Source: Squalus acanthias (taxonomy: Eukaryota). From it: DNA of 64,000 nt. This document shows, piece by piece, positions 46,701 through 58,189 of the stretch. The stretch's first letter is position 1, and every line of letters starts with the position of its first letter. Under the pieces are notes generated by a model that saw nothing but the letters and a program-made list of their open reading frames with translations, was not told where the DNA came from and did not search any database. The translations under genes were made by a program, and so were the position numbers. The stretch is taken from the NCBI GenBank assembly GCA_030390025.1, contig JASTWF010000322.1, positions 248,001 through 312,000 on the forward strand, read 5' to 3'.

Positions 46701-47170
46701 AGTGAAGAGATGCATATAGGCACAACATATATAGTCAGAGAACAGAGCCAGATGATTACAGTTAATCTTTCTGACTGCCTTTTATCACACCTCGGCAGAG
46801 AAACAATCAGGTCAGCCAGGAAGGCACCACATCAAAGACATAGCAAGATACAACTGAGACAATGAGGTGGGGGTCACAGGGGGGTCTAATGTGTCAAAAT
46901 GCTGCAGTCTGTATGGAAAACCATACTGATAGCCAAGTTCCGCACCCATAAGGATGGCCTCGACCGGGATCTTGGGTTCATGTCACGCTACATGAAACTC
47001 CACATGATGTAGAGTCATCCAGACTCGAGTCGTCGTTGGCTTGTTCACGTGATTTCCAGTAAAAAAGTTTAAAGTTTATGGTTTTCCATACAGACTGCAG
47101 CATTTGACACATTAGACCCCCTGTGACCCCACCTCATTGTCTTAGTTGTATCTTGCTTTGTCTTTGATAT

Positions 47171-47906
47171 AGGCCCAGAAATTAAACACGGAGTGTTCAC
47201 GCGGGGGTAAGGCTTCCCCGCGATATCTCACTCCGCGCCTACCTTTTTCCTCCGGGCCCACACGAACTTTAGTTTCAAGGCTGCAGCTGTGCAGTGCTTG
47301 CGTGACCCAGAGATGCAATTAGTTCGTGCGAGCTCTGGGATCACGTGATTCAGTTAGAGCCAATGGCAGCACACCATCTTTCATTCATAGTTTTGACAGG
47401 AAGACCTGTCAAAGCTATGAATAATATACCCCCCCAAAAGAACAGCTAAACCTCAATTAAATTTTTAAAAAAGCCATCACATTAAATAAGTATAGTTAAA
47501 TAAATTAACCACTTTAAACAAAAAATAAAATTTTTGAAAAAATTTAAAATCTTTAAGTTATAAAAATAAACTTACCTTTCTTTAAAGTCTCTAAAAAAGA
47601 TAAACCTGTTGAAAAAAATTTAAAATACTTAATTAACTACTTACCTTGTTAAAAGAGGGTCTTACGCCTCCTTTCTTTGTGTGTAAAATCTTCCATGCTT
47701 ACCTGCGCGTTCAAAGCACTAAGTGCACTGTGTGCGCACAGCCTGTAGCGCGCACGTGGTTCACCTAGGAACCGCCCCCTTTTGAATTCACGAAGTGCCA
47801 GTTTCCCGCGCATGCGCAGTGCATGCTGGAAACCGGCAATTGGAGACCTAAAACGCGAGAGTACACAGTGCGTACTCTCGCGTATTAGGTCTAATTTTCG
47901 GGCCAA
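47171..47906. mobile_element. Non-autonomous DNA-transposon-like insert (MITE, possibly PIF/Harbinger)
   Basis: Imperfect TIRs GGCCCAGAAATTA / TAATTTTCGGGCC. The empty site TCTTTGATATAATGTCTTCC is present at 26588-26607. AT-rich core with internal hairpins. TSD not resolved. Confidence 0.65.
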
Positions 47907-48050
47907 TGTCTTCCTGGCTGACTTGATTGTTTCTCTGCCGAGGTGTGATAAAAGGCAGTCAGAAAGATTAACTGTAGTTGTCTGACATTGTACGCTACAC
48001 AGGCATTGTTCTCTGTCTATATATGCTTTGCCGATTCGTATTCCTTCACT

Positions 48051-48087
48051 TCACCTGACGAAGGAGCAGCGCTCCGAAAGCTTGTGA
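48051..48087 (+). ncRNA. Hammerhead motif (family 2)
   Basis: Identical to 26744-26780. Confidence 0.75.
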
Positions 48088-48187
48088 TTTCAAATAAAAC
48101 TATTGGACTATAACCTGGTGTTGTGTGACTTCTCACTTTTGTCCACCCCAGTCCAACACCGGCATCTCCCCATCATTAAATATCTTC

Positions 48188-51100
48188 AATGACCCAGCCT
48201 ACACAGATCTCTGGGGAAGAGAATTACAAATGCTAACATATTACCCCCAACCCCGTGAGCCCTTATCTTGTGCAGTAACCTTTTACGTGGCACCTTAGCG
48301 AATGCCTTCTGGAAATCCAAATACACTACATCTACTTGTTCCCCTTTATCCACCCTGCTCGTTACATCCTCAAAGAACTCCAGCAAATTTGTCAAACATG
48401 ATTTCCCTTTCATAAAACCATGCTGACTCTGCTTGAAACATAGAAGATAGGAGCAGGAGTAGGCCATTCGGCCCCTCGAGCCTGCTCCGTCATTCGATGA
48501 GATCATGGCTGATCATCCAAACTCAGTACCCTGTACCTGCCTTCTCCCCATATCCCTTGATACCTTTAGCTTTAAGAAATATATCTAACTCATTCTTGAA
48601 TATAATTAATGACTTGGCCTCAACTACCTTCTGTGGTAGAGAATTCCACAGGTTCACCACTCTCTGGGTGAAGAAATTCTTCCTCATTTCTGTCCTAAAT
48701 GGCTTACCCCTTATCCTTAGACTGTGACCCCTGGTTCTGGACTCCCCGGCCATCAGGAACATCCTTCCTGCATCTAGTTTGTCCAGACCGGTCAGAATTT
48801 TATATGTTTCGATGAGATCCCCTCTCATTCTTCTATACCCCAGCAAGTATAAGCCCAATCGACCCAATCTCTCCTCATATGTCATTCCTGCCATCCCAGG
48901 TATCAGCCTTGTGAATCTTCGCTGAACTCCTTCCATGGCAAGAACATCCTTCCTCAGATAAGGCGACCAAAACTGCACACAGTACTCAAGGTGTGGTCTC
49001 ACCAAGGCCCTGTACAACTGCAGCAGGACATCCCTGTTCCTATACTCAAACCCTCTCGCTATGAAGGCCAACATACCATTTGCCTTCTTCACCGCCTGCT
49101 GCACCTGCATGCTTACCTTCAGCGACTGGTGCACAAGGACACCCAGGTCTAGTTGCACTTCCCCTTCTCCCAATCTATTGCCATTCAGATAATAGTCTGC
49201 CTTGACTATATTATGATTTTCTAAATGTCCTGCTACCACTTCCTTGATGATGGACTCCAGCATTTTCCCCAATAACAGATGTTGGGCTAACTGGTCTATA
49301 CTTGCCTGCTTTCTGTCTCCCTCCTTTCTTAAATAGGGGGGGGGGGTTACATTTGCGGTTTTCCAGTCCGCTGGGACCTCTCCAGAGTCCAGGGAATTTC
49401 GGTAGATTACAACCAATGCGTCCGCTATCTCTGCGGCCACCTCTTTGATCTGCGGGGTGGCCAGCTCCTGAAACGTGCTCTCCACGAAGTTCTCAGCCTC
49501 GCGGATGCTCCGCAATGACGCCAGCCGCCACTCGAGCTCCGAAACCCGAGGCTCGAGCTGCTGTAGCTGGCGACACTTCCCGCGCACGCGGTCGTCCAGG
49601 ACTTCCCACATGGCCCAGGATGTACATTCCACAGGACCGAGCTGCCCTGCCACGCCTCTATTTATTAGATTAATTAACTAAAGTTTTTAGTATCCCCTCC
49701 ACCCTAAATTAAAGACAACAGACAAGAAAGAAAAACAGTGATACTCACCAGCCCGGAACCTGAATAGCAAGGAAAAACGATTCTGTTTCAGACCTTGGTT
49801 AGACCACACTTGGAGCACTGTGCACAGTTCTGGTCTCCATATACCTTGGTTAGACCACACTTGGAGCACTGTGCACAGTTCTGGTCTCCATATACCTTGG
49901 TTAGACCACACTTGAAGCACTGTGCACAGTTCTGGTCTCCCTATACCTTGGTTAGACCGCACTTGACTGTGCACAGTTCTGGTCTCCATATACCTTGGTT
50001 AGACCGCACTTGACTGTAAACAGTTCTGGTCTCCATATACCTTGGTTAGACCACACTTGAAGCACTGTACACAGTTCCGGTCTCCATATACCTTGGTTAG
50101 ACCACACTTGGAGCACTGTGCACAGTTCTGGTCTCCATATACCTTGGTTAGACCACACTTGGAGCACTGTGCACAGTTCTGGTCTCCATATACCCTGGTT
50201 AGACCACACTTGGAGCACTGTGCACAGTTCTGGTCTCCATATTATATAAAAGGATATAGAGACACTGGAGAAGGTGCAAAAAGATTTACAAGGATGATCC
50301 CAGTACTGAGAGGTTACAACGATCAGGAAAGGATGAACAGGCTGGGGCTCTGCTCTGGAAAAGAGAAGACTGAGGGGCGACCTGATCGAGGTCTTTAAGA
50401 TTATGAAAGGGTTCGACAGGGTAGACGTAGACAAGATGTTTCCACTTGTGGGGGAGACCAGAACTAGGGGCCATCAATATAAGATAGTCACTAATAAATC
50501 CAATCGGGAATTCAGGAGAAACTTCTTTACCCAGAGAGTGGTGAGAATGTGGAACTCGCTCCCACAGGGAGTGGTTGAGGCGAATAGCACAGATGTATTT
50601 AAGGGGAAGCTGGATAAACACATGAGGGAGAAGGGAATAGAGGGTTATGTTGACGGGGTGAGATGAAGAAAGGTGGGAGGAAGCTCGTGTGGAGCAGGAA
50701 CACCGGCACAGACCACATAACAGAAGAAATAGGAGCAGGAGTCGGCCATTCGGCCCCTCGAGCCTGCTCCGCCATTCAATAAGATCATGGCTGATCTTCG
50801 ACCTCAACTCCACTTTCCCGCCCGATCTCCATATCCCTCGATTCCCCGAGAGTCCAAAAATCTATCGATCTCAGCCTTGAATATACTCAACGACTAAGCC
50901 TCCACAGCCCTCTGGGGCAGAGAATTCCAAAGATTCACCGCCCTCTGAGTGAAGAAATTCCTCCTCATCTCAGTCCTAAATGGCCGACCCCTTATCCTGA
51001 GACTGTGACCCCTGGTTCTAGACTCTCCAGCCAGTGGGAAACAGCCTCTCAGCATCTACCCTGTCAATCCCCCTCAGAATCTTATACGTTTCAATGAGAT

Positions 51101-51865
51101 CCCCTCTCATTCTTCTAAACTCCAGAGAATATAGGCCTAGTCTACTCAATCTCTCCTCATAGGACAATCCCCCATTCCAGGAATCAGTCTGGTGAACCTT
51201 CGCTGCTCTCCCTCTATGGGAAGTATATCCTTCCTTAGGTAAGGAGACCAAAACTGTACACAATACTCCAGGTGTGGTCTCACCAGGGCCCTGTATAATT
51301 GCAGTAAGACGTCTTTACTCTTATACTCAAATCCTCTTGTACTAAAGGCCAACATACCATTTGCTTTCCTAATTGCTTGCTGTACCTGCATGTTAACTTT
51401 CAGTGATTGGTGTACAAGGACACCCAGGTCCCTCTGAGCACCAACATTTCCCATTCTCTCACCATTTAAAAAAATACTCTGCTTTTCTATTTTTCCTACC
51501 AAAGTGGATAACTTCACATTTCTCCCCATTATATTCCATTTGTCATGTTCTGGCCCACTCACTTAGCCTGTCTATATCCCCTTGAAGCCTCCTTGCATCC
51601 TCCTCACAACTTTACATTCCCACCCAGCTTTGTATCATCGGCTAACTTGGGATATATTACATTTGGTCCCCTCATCCAAATCATTGATGTAGATTGTAAA
51701 TAGCTGAGGCCCAAGCACTGATCCCTGCGGTACCCCACTAGTTACAGCCTGCCAACCCGAAAATGACCCGTTTATTCCTACTCTCTGTTTCCTGTCCGTT
51801 AACCAATCCTCAATCCATGCTAGTACATTACCCCCCCCCAATCCCATGAGCCCCTAATTTTGTTT
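48188..51865. mobile_element. CR1 mosaic (- 48188-49760, + 49790-50715, - 50716-51865)
   Basis: ORFs 48523..49653, 50403..50666, 51146..51562 and 51635..51847 carry CR1 motifs. Confidence 0.85.
49792..50240 (+). repeat. Second 51-bp CR1-derived array (about 9 units)
   Basis: Same unit and phase as 19007-19853; two adjacent units share a 3-bp deletion. Confidence 0.95.
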
Positions 51866-51982
51866 AAGTGTAGGGGCAGGGAAAGGGCAGGAAAGGACCA
51901 GCTCGGCCAAACGGCCTGTTTTCTGTGCTTGTAAAGTCCCCGTGTAAAAGTACACCCAAAAGTTACAGACTAAACTAATAGC

Positions 51983-51988
51983 TTTATT
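51983..51988 (-). terminator. Candidate poly(A) signal AATAAA of zinc-finger gene 2
   Basis: TTTATT on + at the edge of a unique block (about 51930-52890) whose minus strand is U-rich. It would imply a 3' UTR of about 5.4 kb containing repeats. Confidence 0.5.
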
Positions 51989-52801
51989 TACAATTAATCA
52001 ATAAAGCGAAAAAACACATTTGGCAAACATTTCGAAAAGTATAATGTAGAGAGACACATGCATAACAAGAAGCGAGTCCGTAATGGGGTTTCGTTACCCT
52101 CTCCGACGAGTCCCTGTGGGCGGCGATAAAAGTTCTTGCGTTTGTGCCCCTTGGCGAGGTCGGGAGTCCTGCTGGAATATCTCGACGAGCTCTTTCACCG
52201 CTCCCCCCTCCCCCAACACCTCACCGAACGTGACCGGGTTACGAGCCCTGTTGCGGTCGCAGTCAAGAAAAACCGTGCCCGGGTTCGCTTCGGCTGGGAT
52301 CCGCCCGCAGGAAAGTCCTCCATCAACCAGCACTCGAGAGCGGCAGCGTTTAAAAGAGCACTGTTCTATTCGGACAGCCGATAACCGATCGAGAGAAGAA
52401 GAAAAAAACGAAACATTTTTTTTTGTAAAAAGGCGTCAGTCCTCTATCTGTGATTTAAAACCAGTAACTGAAAAAGAGAAAAAAAAAACCTCTACTGAAC
52501 CATTTACTAATTTCACCGACATGCAACTCATCCATTTCTTATTGTCAATTGAATCTTTTGTCTGCTAGGAATAAAAAAAAATCTTTTGAAAGACGGGCCG
52601 ACTCGTGGCCAAGCACGCCAAGGAAAGCAAGGGCGATTTGGCGAGCCTTTCCCCCCCACCCCCCGCCCCGAACCGGCGCAGTCGCGAGCTGGGGCCGGTC
52701 ACGGGAATCTTAGATTGGCGTAAAAGATCGCGCGGGAAACACAGAGGCAGCCACGCCCCTCCCCCCCTAACAAAAAGCAAGGAAATTATTGCTGAACCCT
52801 T

Positions 52802-52837
<36 letters not shown>

Positions 52838-52894
52838 CTGGCTAGGGCCCACAGCTGGAGTAGCGAGTCCCAATTCGGGGGCACCACACACTTT

Positions 52895-53645
52895 ATAAGG
52901 AGGACCTTGGAGAGGGTGCAGAGGAGATTTGACCAGAATGGGACCAGGGGATGAGGGACTTCAGTGACGTGGAGAAGCTGGGATTGTTCTCCTTGGAGCA
53001 GAGAAGGTTAAGGGGGAGATTGACCAGAATGGGACCAGGGATGAGGGACTTCAGTGATGTGGAGAGACTGGAGAAGCTGGGGTTGTTCTCCTTGGAGCAG
53101 AGAAGGTTAAGGGGAGATTTAATAGAGGCGTTCAAAATCACAAAGGGTTTTGATGGAGTAAATAAGGAGAAACTGTTTCCAGTGGCAGGAGGGTGGGTAA
53201 CCAGAGGACACAGATTGAAGATAATCGGCAAAAGAACCAGAGGGGAGATGAGGAGAATGTTTTTTACGCAGCGAGTTGTTGTGATCTGGAAGATGTGCGG
53301 GTTAGGTTGATTTGGCTATGATAAATTGACCCTTAGTGTTAGGGGGATTAAATACGTGGGGTTACGGGGATAGGGTGGGACATGTGTCGGTGCAGGCTCG
53401 ATGGGCCGAAATGGCCTCTATCTGCACTGTGGGGATTCTGTGGAATGCGCTGCCTGAAAGGGCGGTGGAAGCAGATTCAATCGTAACTTTCAAAAGGGAA
53501 TCGGAGAAATACTTGAAAGGGAAAAATTTACAGGGCTGTGGGGAAAGAGCGAGGGGAGAGTGGGACTAATTGGAGAGCTCGACCAAAGAGCCGGCACAGG
53601 CACGATGGGCCGAATGGCCTCCTTCTGTGCCGTATCGTTCTATGA
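52895..53645 (+). mobile_element. CR1 3' fragment with a V-SINE/HE1-like insert (about 53290-53440)
   Basis: ORF 52951..53310 is CR1. The insert AAGATGTGCGGGTTAGGTTGATTTGGCTATGATAAATTGACCCTTAGTGT... resembles the V-domain and ends in a CR1-type tail. CR1 resumes at TGGAATGCGCTG. Confidence 0.7.
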
Positions 53646-54014
53646 TCGCCTGTGCTGGTTTCCGGTTGATTGCACAGAAATTCTACCCCCCCCACCCCCC
53701 CACAAGATTACAGGAGATCTCCCGTTTGTCCCCCCACTCCCCGTGTCATTATTAAATGGCTCAGTCCGCAGAATGCTGGTTCTGCCGACTCCCTTGAATG
53801 TTAAAACAAAAAAAGACCACTTCACGACAAACTCGCCAGACGCGTGCACAGGTGAGGGGCGGGCGGGAAGGGAAGGTCGGCAGGACAAAGCTGGCAAAGC
53901 CGTCTGGCGGAATAAAGAGCGAATGGGCCACCGGCGTTCCGATCGAGCGCCCGCTTGGAACGTCCGAGCAGCCGCGCCTGGGCAACTGCCCTCCCCCCCT
54001 CCCCTGCCAGGGAG

Positions 54015-54137
54015 GCAGAGAGAGAGAGAGAGACAGAGAGAGAGAGAGAGGCGAGAGAGAGAGAGAGACAGAGAGAGGCAGAGAGACAGACAGAGACAGA
54101 GAGAGACAGAGAGAGACAGAGAGAGACAGAGAGAGAC

Positions 54138-54217
<80 letters not shown>

Positions 54218-54429
54218 GCAGAGAGGTAGACAGAGAGAGACAGAGAGAGACAGAGACAGAGGCAGAGGCAGAGACAGAGGCAGAGACAGAGGCAGAGACA
54301 GAGAGGCAGAGAGAGGCAGAGACAGAGAGAGACAGAGAGAGACAGAGAGAGACAGAGAGACAGAGAGACAGAGAGAGGCAGAGAGAGAGAGAGAGAGACA
54401 GACAGAGAGACAGAGAGGCAGAGAGAGGC

Positions 54430-54526
<97 letters not shown>

Positions 54527-54597
54527 CAGAGAGAGGCAGAGAGAGAGAGAGAGAGGCAGAGAGAGAGACAGAGGCAGAGAGAGAGAGAGAGAGGCAG

Positions 54598-54630
<33 letters not shown>

Positions 54631-54679
54631 GAGAGAGAGGCAGAGAGAGAGAGAGAGAGGCAGAGAGAGAGAGAGAGAG

Positions 54680-54713
<34 letters not shown>

Positions 54714-54809
54714 AGAGAGAGGCAGAGAGAGAGAGAGAGAGAGGCAGAGAGAGAGAGAGAGAGAGAGAGGCAGAGAGAGAGAGGCAGAGAGAGAGAGAGA
54801 GAGAGAGAG

Positions 54810-54860
<51 letters not shown>

Positions 54861-54946
54861 CAGAGAGAGAGAGGCAGAGAGAGAGGCAGAGAGAGAGAGA
54901 GACAGAGAGAGAGAGACAGAGAGAGAGAGACAGAGAGAGAGAGACA

Positions 54947-54980
<34 letters not shown>

Positions 54981-54988
54981 CAGAGAGA
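54015..54988. repeat. About 970-bp (GA)n/GACA/GGCA compound microsatellite
   Basis: Directly visible. Confidence 0.98.
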
Positions 54989-55064
54989 ATAAAAGACAAC
55001 AAAATGAGGGAGACAGAAGGACTTGAGAGTGGGACACTAGCACCGAAAACTACAAAAGGGGACT

Positions 55065-56320
55065 CCCAGGGTGCTTCACAGGAGCGATTATCAAACACAA
55101 TTTGACCCCGAGCCACATAAGGAGATATTAGGGACAGGTGATCAAAAGCTGGGTCACAGACGCCGGTTTTAAGGAGCGTCTTAAAGGAGGAGAGAGAGGC
55201 GGAGAGGTTTAGGGAGGGAATTCCAGAGCTCAGGGCCCCAGGCAGCTGAAGGCACGGCCGCCAATGGTGGAGCGATGGAAATCGGGGGATGCTCAAGAGG
55301 CCAGAATTGGAGGAGCGCAGAGATCTCGGAGGATTGTAGGGCTGGAGGAGGTTACAGAGATAGGGAGGGGGGCGAGGGCCATGGAGGGATTTGAACAGGA
55401 GGATGAGAATTGTAGGGGTTGGAGGAGGTTACAGAGATAGGGAGGGGGCGAGGGGCCATGGAGGGATTTGAACAGGAGGATGAGAATTGTAGGGGTTGGA
55501 GGAGGTTACAGAGATAGGGAGGGGGCGAGAGCCATGGAGGGATTTGAACAGGAGGATGAGAATTGTAGGGGTTGGAGGAGGTTAGAGATAGGGAGGGGGC
55601 GAGGGCCATGGAGGGATTTGAACAGGAGGATGAGAATTGTAGGGGTTGGAGGAGGTTACAGAGATAGGGAGGGGGCGAGGGCCATGGAGGGATTTGAACA
55701 GGAGGATGAGAATTGTAGGGGTTGGAGGAGGTTACAGAGATAGGGAGGGGGCGAGGGCCATGGAGGGATTTGAACAGGAGGATGAGAATTGTAGGGGGTG
55801 GAGGAGGTTATAGAGATAGGGAGGGGGCGAGGGGCCATGGAGGGATTTGAACAGGAGGATGAGAATTGTAGGGGCTGGAGGAGGTTACAGAGATAGGGAG
55901 GGGGCGAGGGGCCATGGAGGGATTTGAACAGGAGGATGAGAATTGTAGGGGCTGGAGGAGGTTACAGAGATAGGGAGGGGGCGAGCGGCCATGGAGGGAT
56001 TTGAACAGGAGGATGAGAATTGTAGGGGTTGGAGGAGGTTACAGAGATAGGGAGGGGGCGAGGGCCATGGAGGGATTTGAACAGGAGGATGAGAATTGTA
56101 GGGCTGGAGGAGGTTACAGAGATAGGGAGGGGGTGAGGACCATGGAGGGATTTGAACAGGAGGATGAGAATTGTAGGGCTGGAGGAGGTTACAGATATAG
56201 GGAGAGGGCGAGGGGTGTGAGTTTGGACATGGGGGCAGCAGGAGTTTTGGATGACCTCAAGATTACGGGGGAGTGGAAGCTGGGAGGCCGGCCAGGAGAG
56301 CGTTGGAATAGACAAGGCTG
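55065..56320 (-). mobile_element. L2 3' end with about 11 units of the 75-77 bp array (55335-56210)
   Basis: Same layout and unit as 20950-21707. Confidence 0.88.
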
Positions 56321-56543
56321 GAGGCAAGGAAGGCAGAGAAGGCCCTGGGGGTGGGGTGGGGGGAGCAGTTGACAAACAACGGTGCAAACTTGCAAAACAG
56401 GACACCAGGACTTCCACTCTCAGCTAGCCCAAGACACGAGGAGGTGGAGGTCTACAAGTCAACGAGTAACGGGCTTCCACGCCGAGATCACAGGTTGGGA
56501 GGGAGCGCAAGGAGGCTCACAAGGATCTGGGAAGGAGTCAGGT

Positions 56544-56575
<32 letters not shown>

Positions 56576-57426
56576 AGAAAGGGAGACATGTTACAAATCG
56601 AAGCACAAAAAATGAGAAATCTGTCCCGAATGGGTACGGTCCCTCCAAGCGACGGTCTCGCGATCTGACGACTTGGGGATCTTCGACGGAAAGCCGTCTC
56701 TCCATTCGTAAGGTTCTCAACTCGGGACCGAACGGGACTCAGCGACATCGGGCGCAGGCGGAGCGAAGGAGACACACGCGAGGACCTCAACAAGATGGCG
56801 TCGCTGTTGCTGCTCCCCAACATGCGGGCCGGTCCTGGCTCGTTCCCCGGGGTCTGGAGCTCCTGGCGCGGAAACCGGTCCAGACGAGGGCGATGGAAGG
56901 TGTGCAGAGCCGGGGGTTACCGGGGGGGCGTCCTCCAAGCTCCTTCGGAAACCCAGCCCCGAGAGAGAGAACTTGTAAGACGAGGGGAAGCTTGGAAGGG
57001 GCGCCCCGGAGGGAGATGTCCACGGGAGAGAAGGCGGCGGCGGCGGCGAATTTCAGCTCCGCTCAACAACAAAAAAAAAAATGGAGGGCGCGCCCCGCTG
57101 GAGGCTTCCGAGTCAGGGGGTTCCGGAGTTCGGGGGCCCCGCTGGAACCAGCCGACAACGTGGACCGGACGTCGGAAGGGTGGAGGTCGAGTGATCGAGC
57201 GGCTGCGGAGGAGGGAGGGCGGGAGAGGGAGGGAAAGGAAAGGAGGGAAGGTGTTGAATCAGTCCGGGCGTCAACTTTCAAAAATGGCGGCCGCTTGCGT
57301 GGTGCGTGGTGTCTCACGGCGCGCGCACGCACAACCGGAATGGAACGAGGCGCGGATGAGAAACACCGGGTGAGGGGGGGGTTGAGGTTATCTCCGCGCC
57401 AGCCCCCGCCCAGCACCCCACGCAGC

Positions 57427-58113
57427 TCAGGCCCGGTGCAGACGGCGGTGCAGCCGCAAGCCGTTGACGCGGGCGAATCCCCGGCCACAGTCGGCGCAGC
57501 GGTAGGCCTTGTCGCCGGTGTGGCCCCGCTCGTGCAGCAGCAGCTCGGCCGAGGCCAGGAAGCCGCGCCGGCAGACGGAGCATCGGTAGGGGCGCTCGGC
57601 CGCGTGGGCCCGGCGGTGGGCGGCCAGGCGGGAGGAGTCGGCGAAATCCTTCTGGCAGAGCGGGCAGCGGAAGGGCTTGGCGCCCGAGTGGATGCGGCGG
57701 TGGGCGGTGAGGTGGCCGCGCCGGGCGAAGCCCTTGCCGCACTCGGGGCAGGCGAAGGGGCGCTCGCCGGTGTGACTGCGCCGGTGGTCAGCGAGGTGCG
57801 AGGACGTGTAGAAGGCCCGGCCGCAGTCGCCGCACTCGAAGGGCTTCTCCCCCGTGTGGATGCGCCGGTGCACGGCGAGCGTGCCGGCCCGGCCGAAACT
57901 CTTGCCGCAGTCGGAGCACAGGAAGGCCGCCCTCGCCGCCGGCGCCCGGCCACGCTTCCGGCCCCGCTCCCCGCTCTTCTCGGCTGGCGCCGCCTCACGG
58001 CCCTTCTCACAGTCGGGGCACGGGTGACGGCGTCCTCCGGCCGCGCTCCTCCGCCGCCGGCGCCCCTTTCCCCCGTCCTGGTTGGCGCCGCCCTCGGGCG
58101 CAGGCTCCTCCAT
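57427..58113 (-). CDS. C2H2 zinc-finger protein 2 (6 complete fingers plus one degenerate CxxC; 228 aa from the ATG)
   Basis: Six fingers with TGEKPF/TGERPF-type linkers; ATG at 58113 (aagATGG). Branch point and acceptor ttctaaccgcctcttttcctcccggccag lie upstream, so the exon starts at 58145. The frame is open to the acceptor, so an upstream coding exon is possible. Confidence 0.9.
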   Translation of the reverse strand: MEEPAPEGGANQDGGKGRRRRRSAAGGRRHPCPDCEKGREAAPAEKSGERGRKRGRAPAARAAFLCSDCGKSFGRAGTLAVHRRIHTGEKPFECGDCGRAFYTSSHLADHRRSHTGERPFACPECGKGFARRGHLTAHRRIHSGAKPFRCPLCQKDFADSSRLAAHRRAHAAERPYRCSVCRRGFLASAELLLHERGHTGDKAYRCADCGRGFARVNGLRLHRRLHRA

Positions 58114-58189
58114 CTTGAATCCTTCGCTGGCTGGCTGGCGCGGACCTGGCCGGGAGGAAAAGAGGCGGTTAGAATCGCGGTGCAGGCCC

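Larger units (their letters stand above)
46574..48175 (+). mobile_element. Penelope-like family 2 element: inverted pLTR copy (46574-46926) + endonuclease C-terminus + pLTR, interrupted by a MITE
   Basis: The two ends are reverse complements over about 350 bp. LIAKFRTHKDGLDRDLGFMSRY at about 46927-46992 resembles a Penelope endonuclease end. TSD TTAAATATCTTC (46562-46573 and 48176-48187). Confidence 0.78.

Noticed and set aside
48523..49653. 376-aa ORF as a novel fusion gene
   Set aside because: An in-frame join of a CR1 ORF1 N-terminus and two ORF2 pieces. It lacks the RT catalytic core, and part of it reads out of the CR1 frame.
53560..55296. ER-rich and SL-rich ORFs (also 6132-6944)
   Set aside because: Translations of GA/CT microsatellites.
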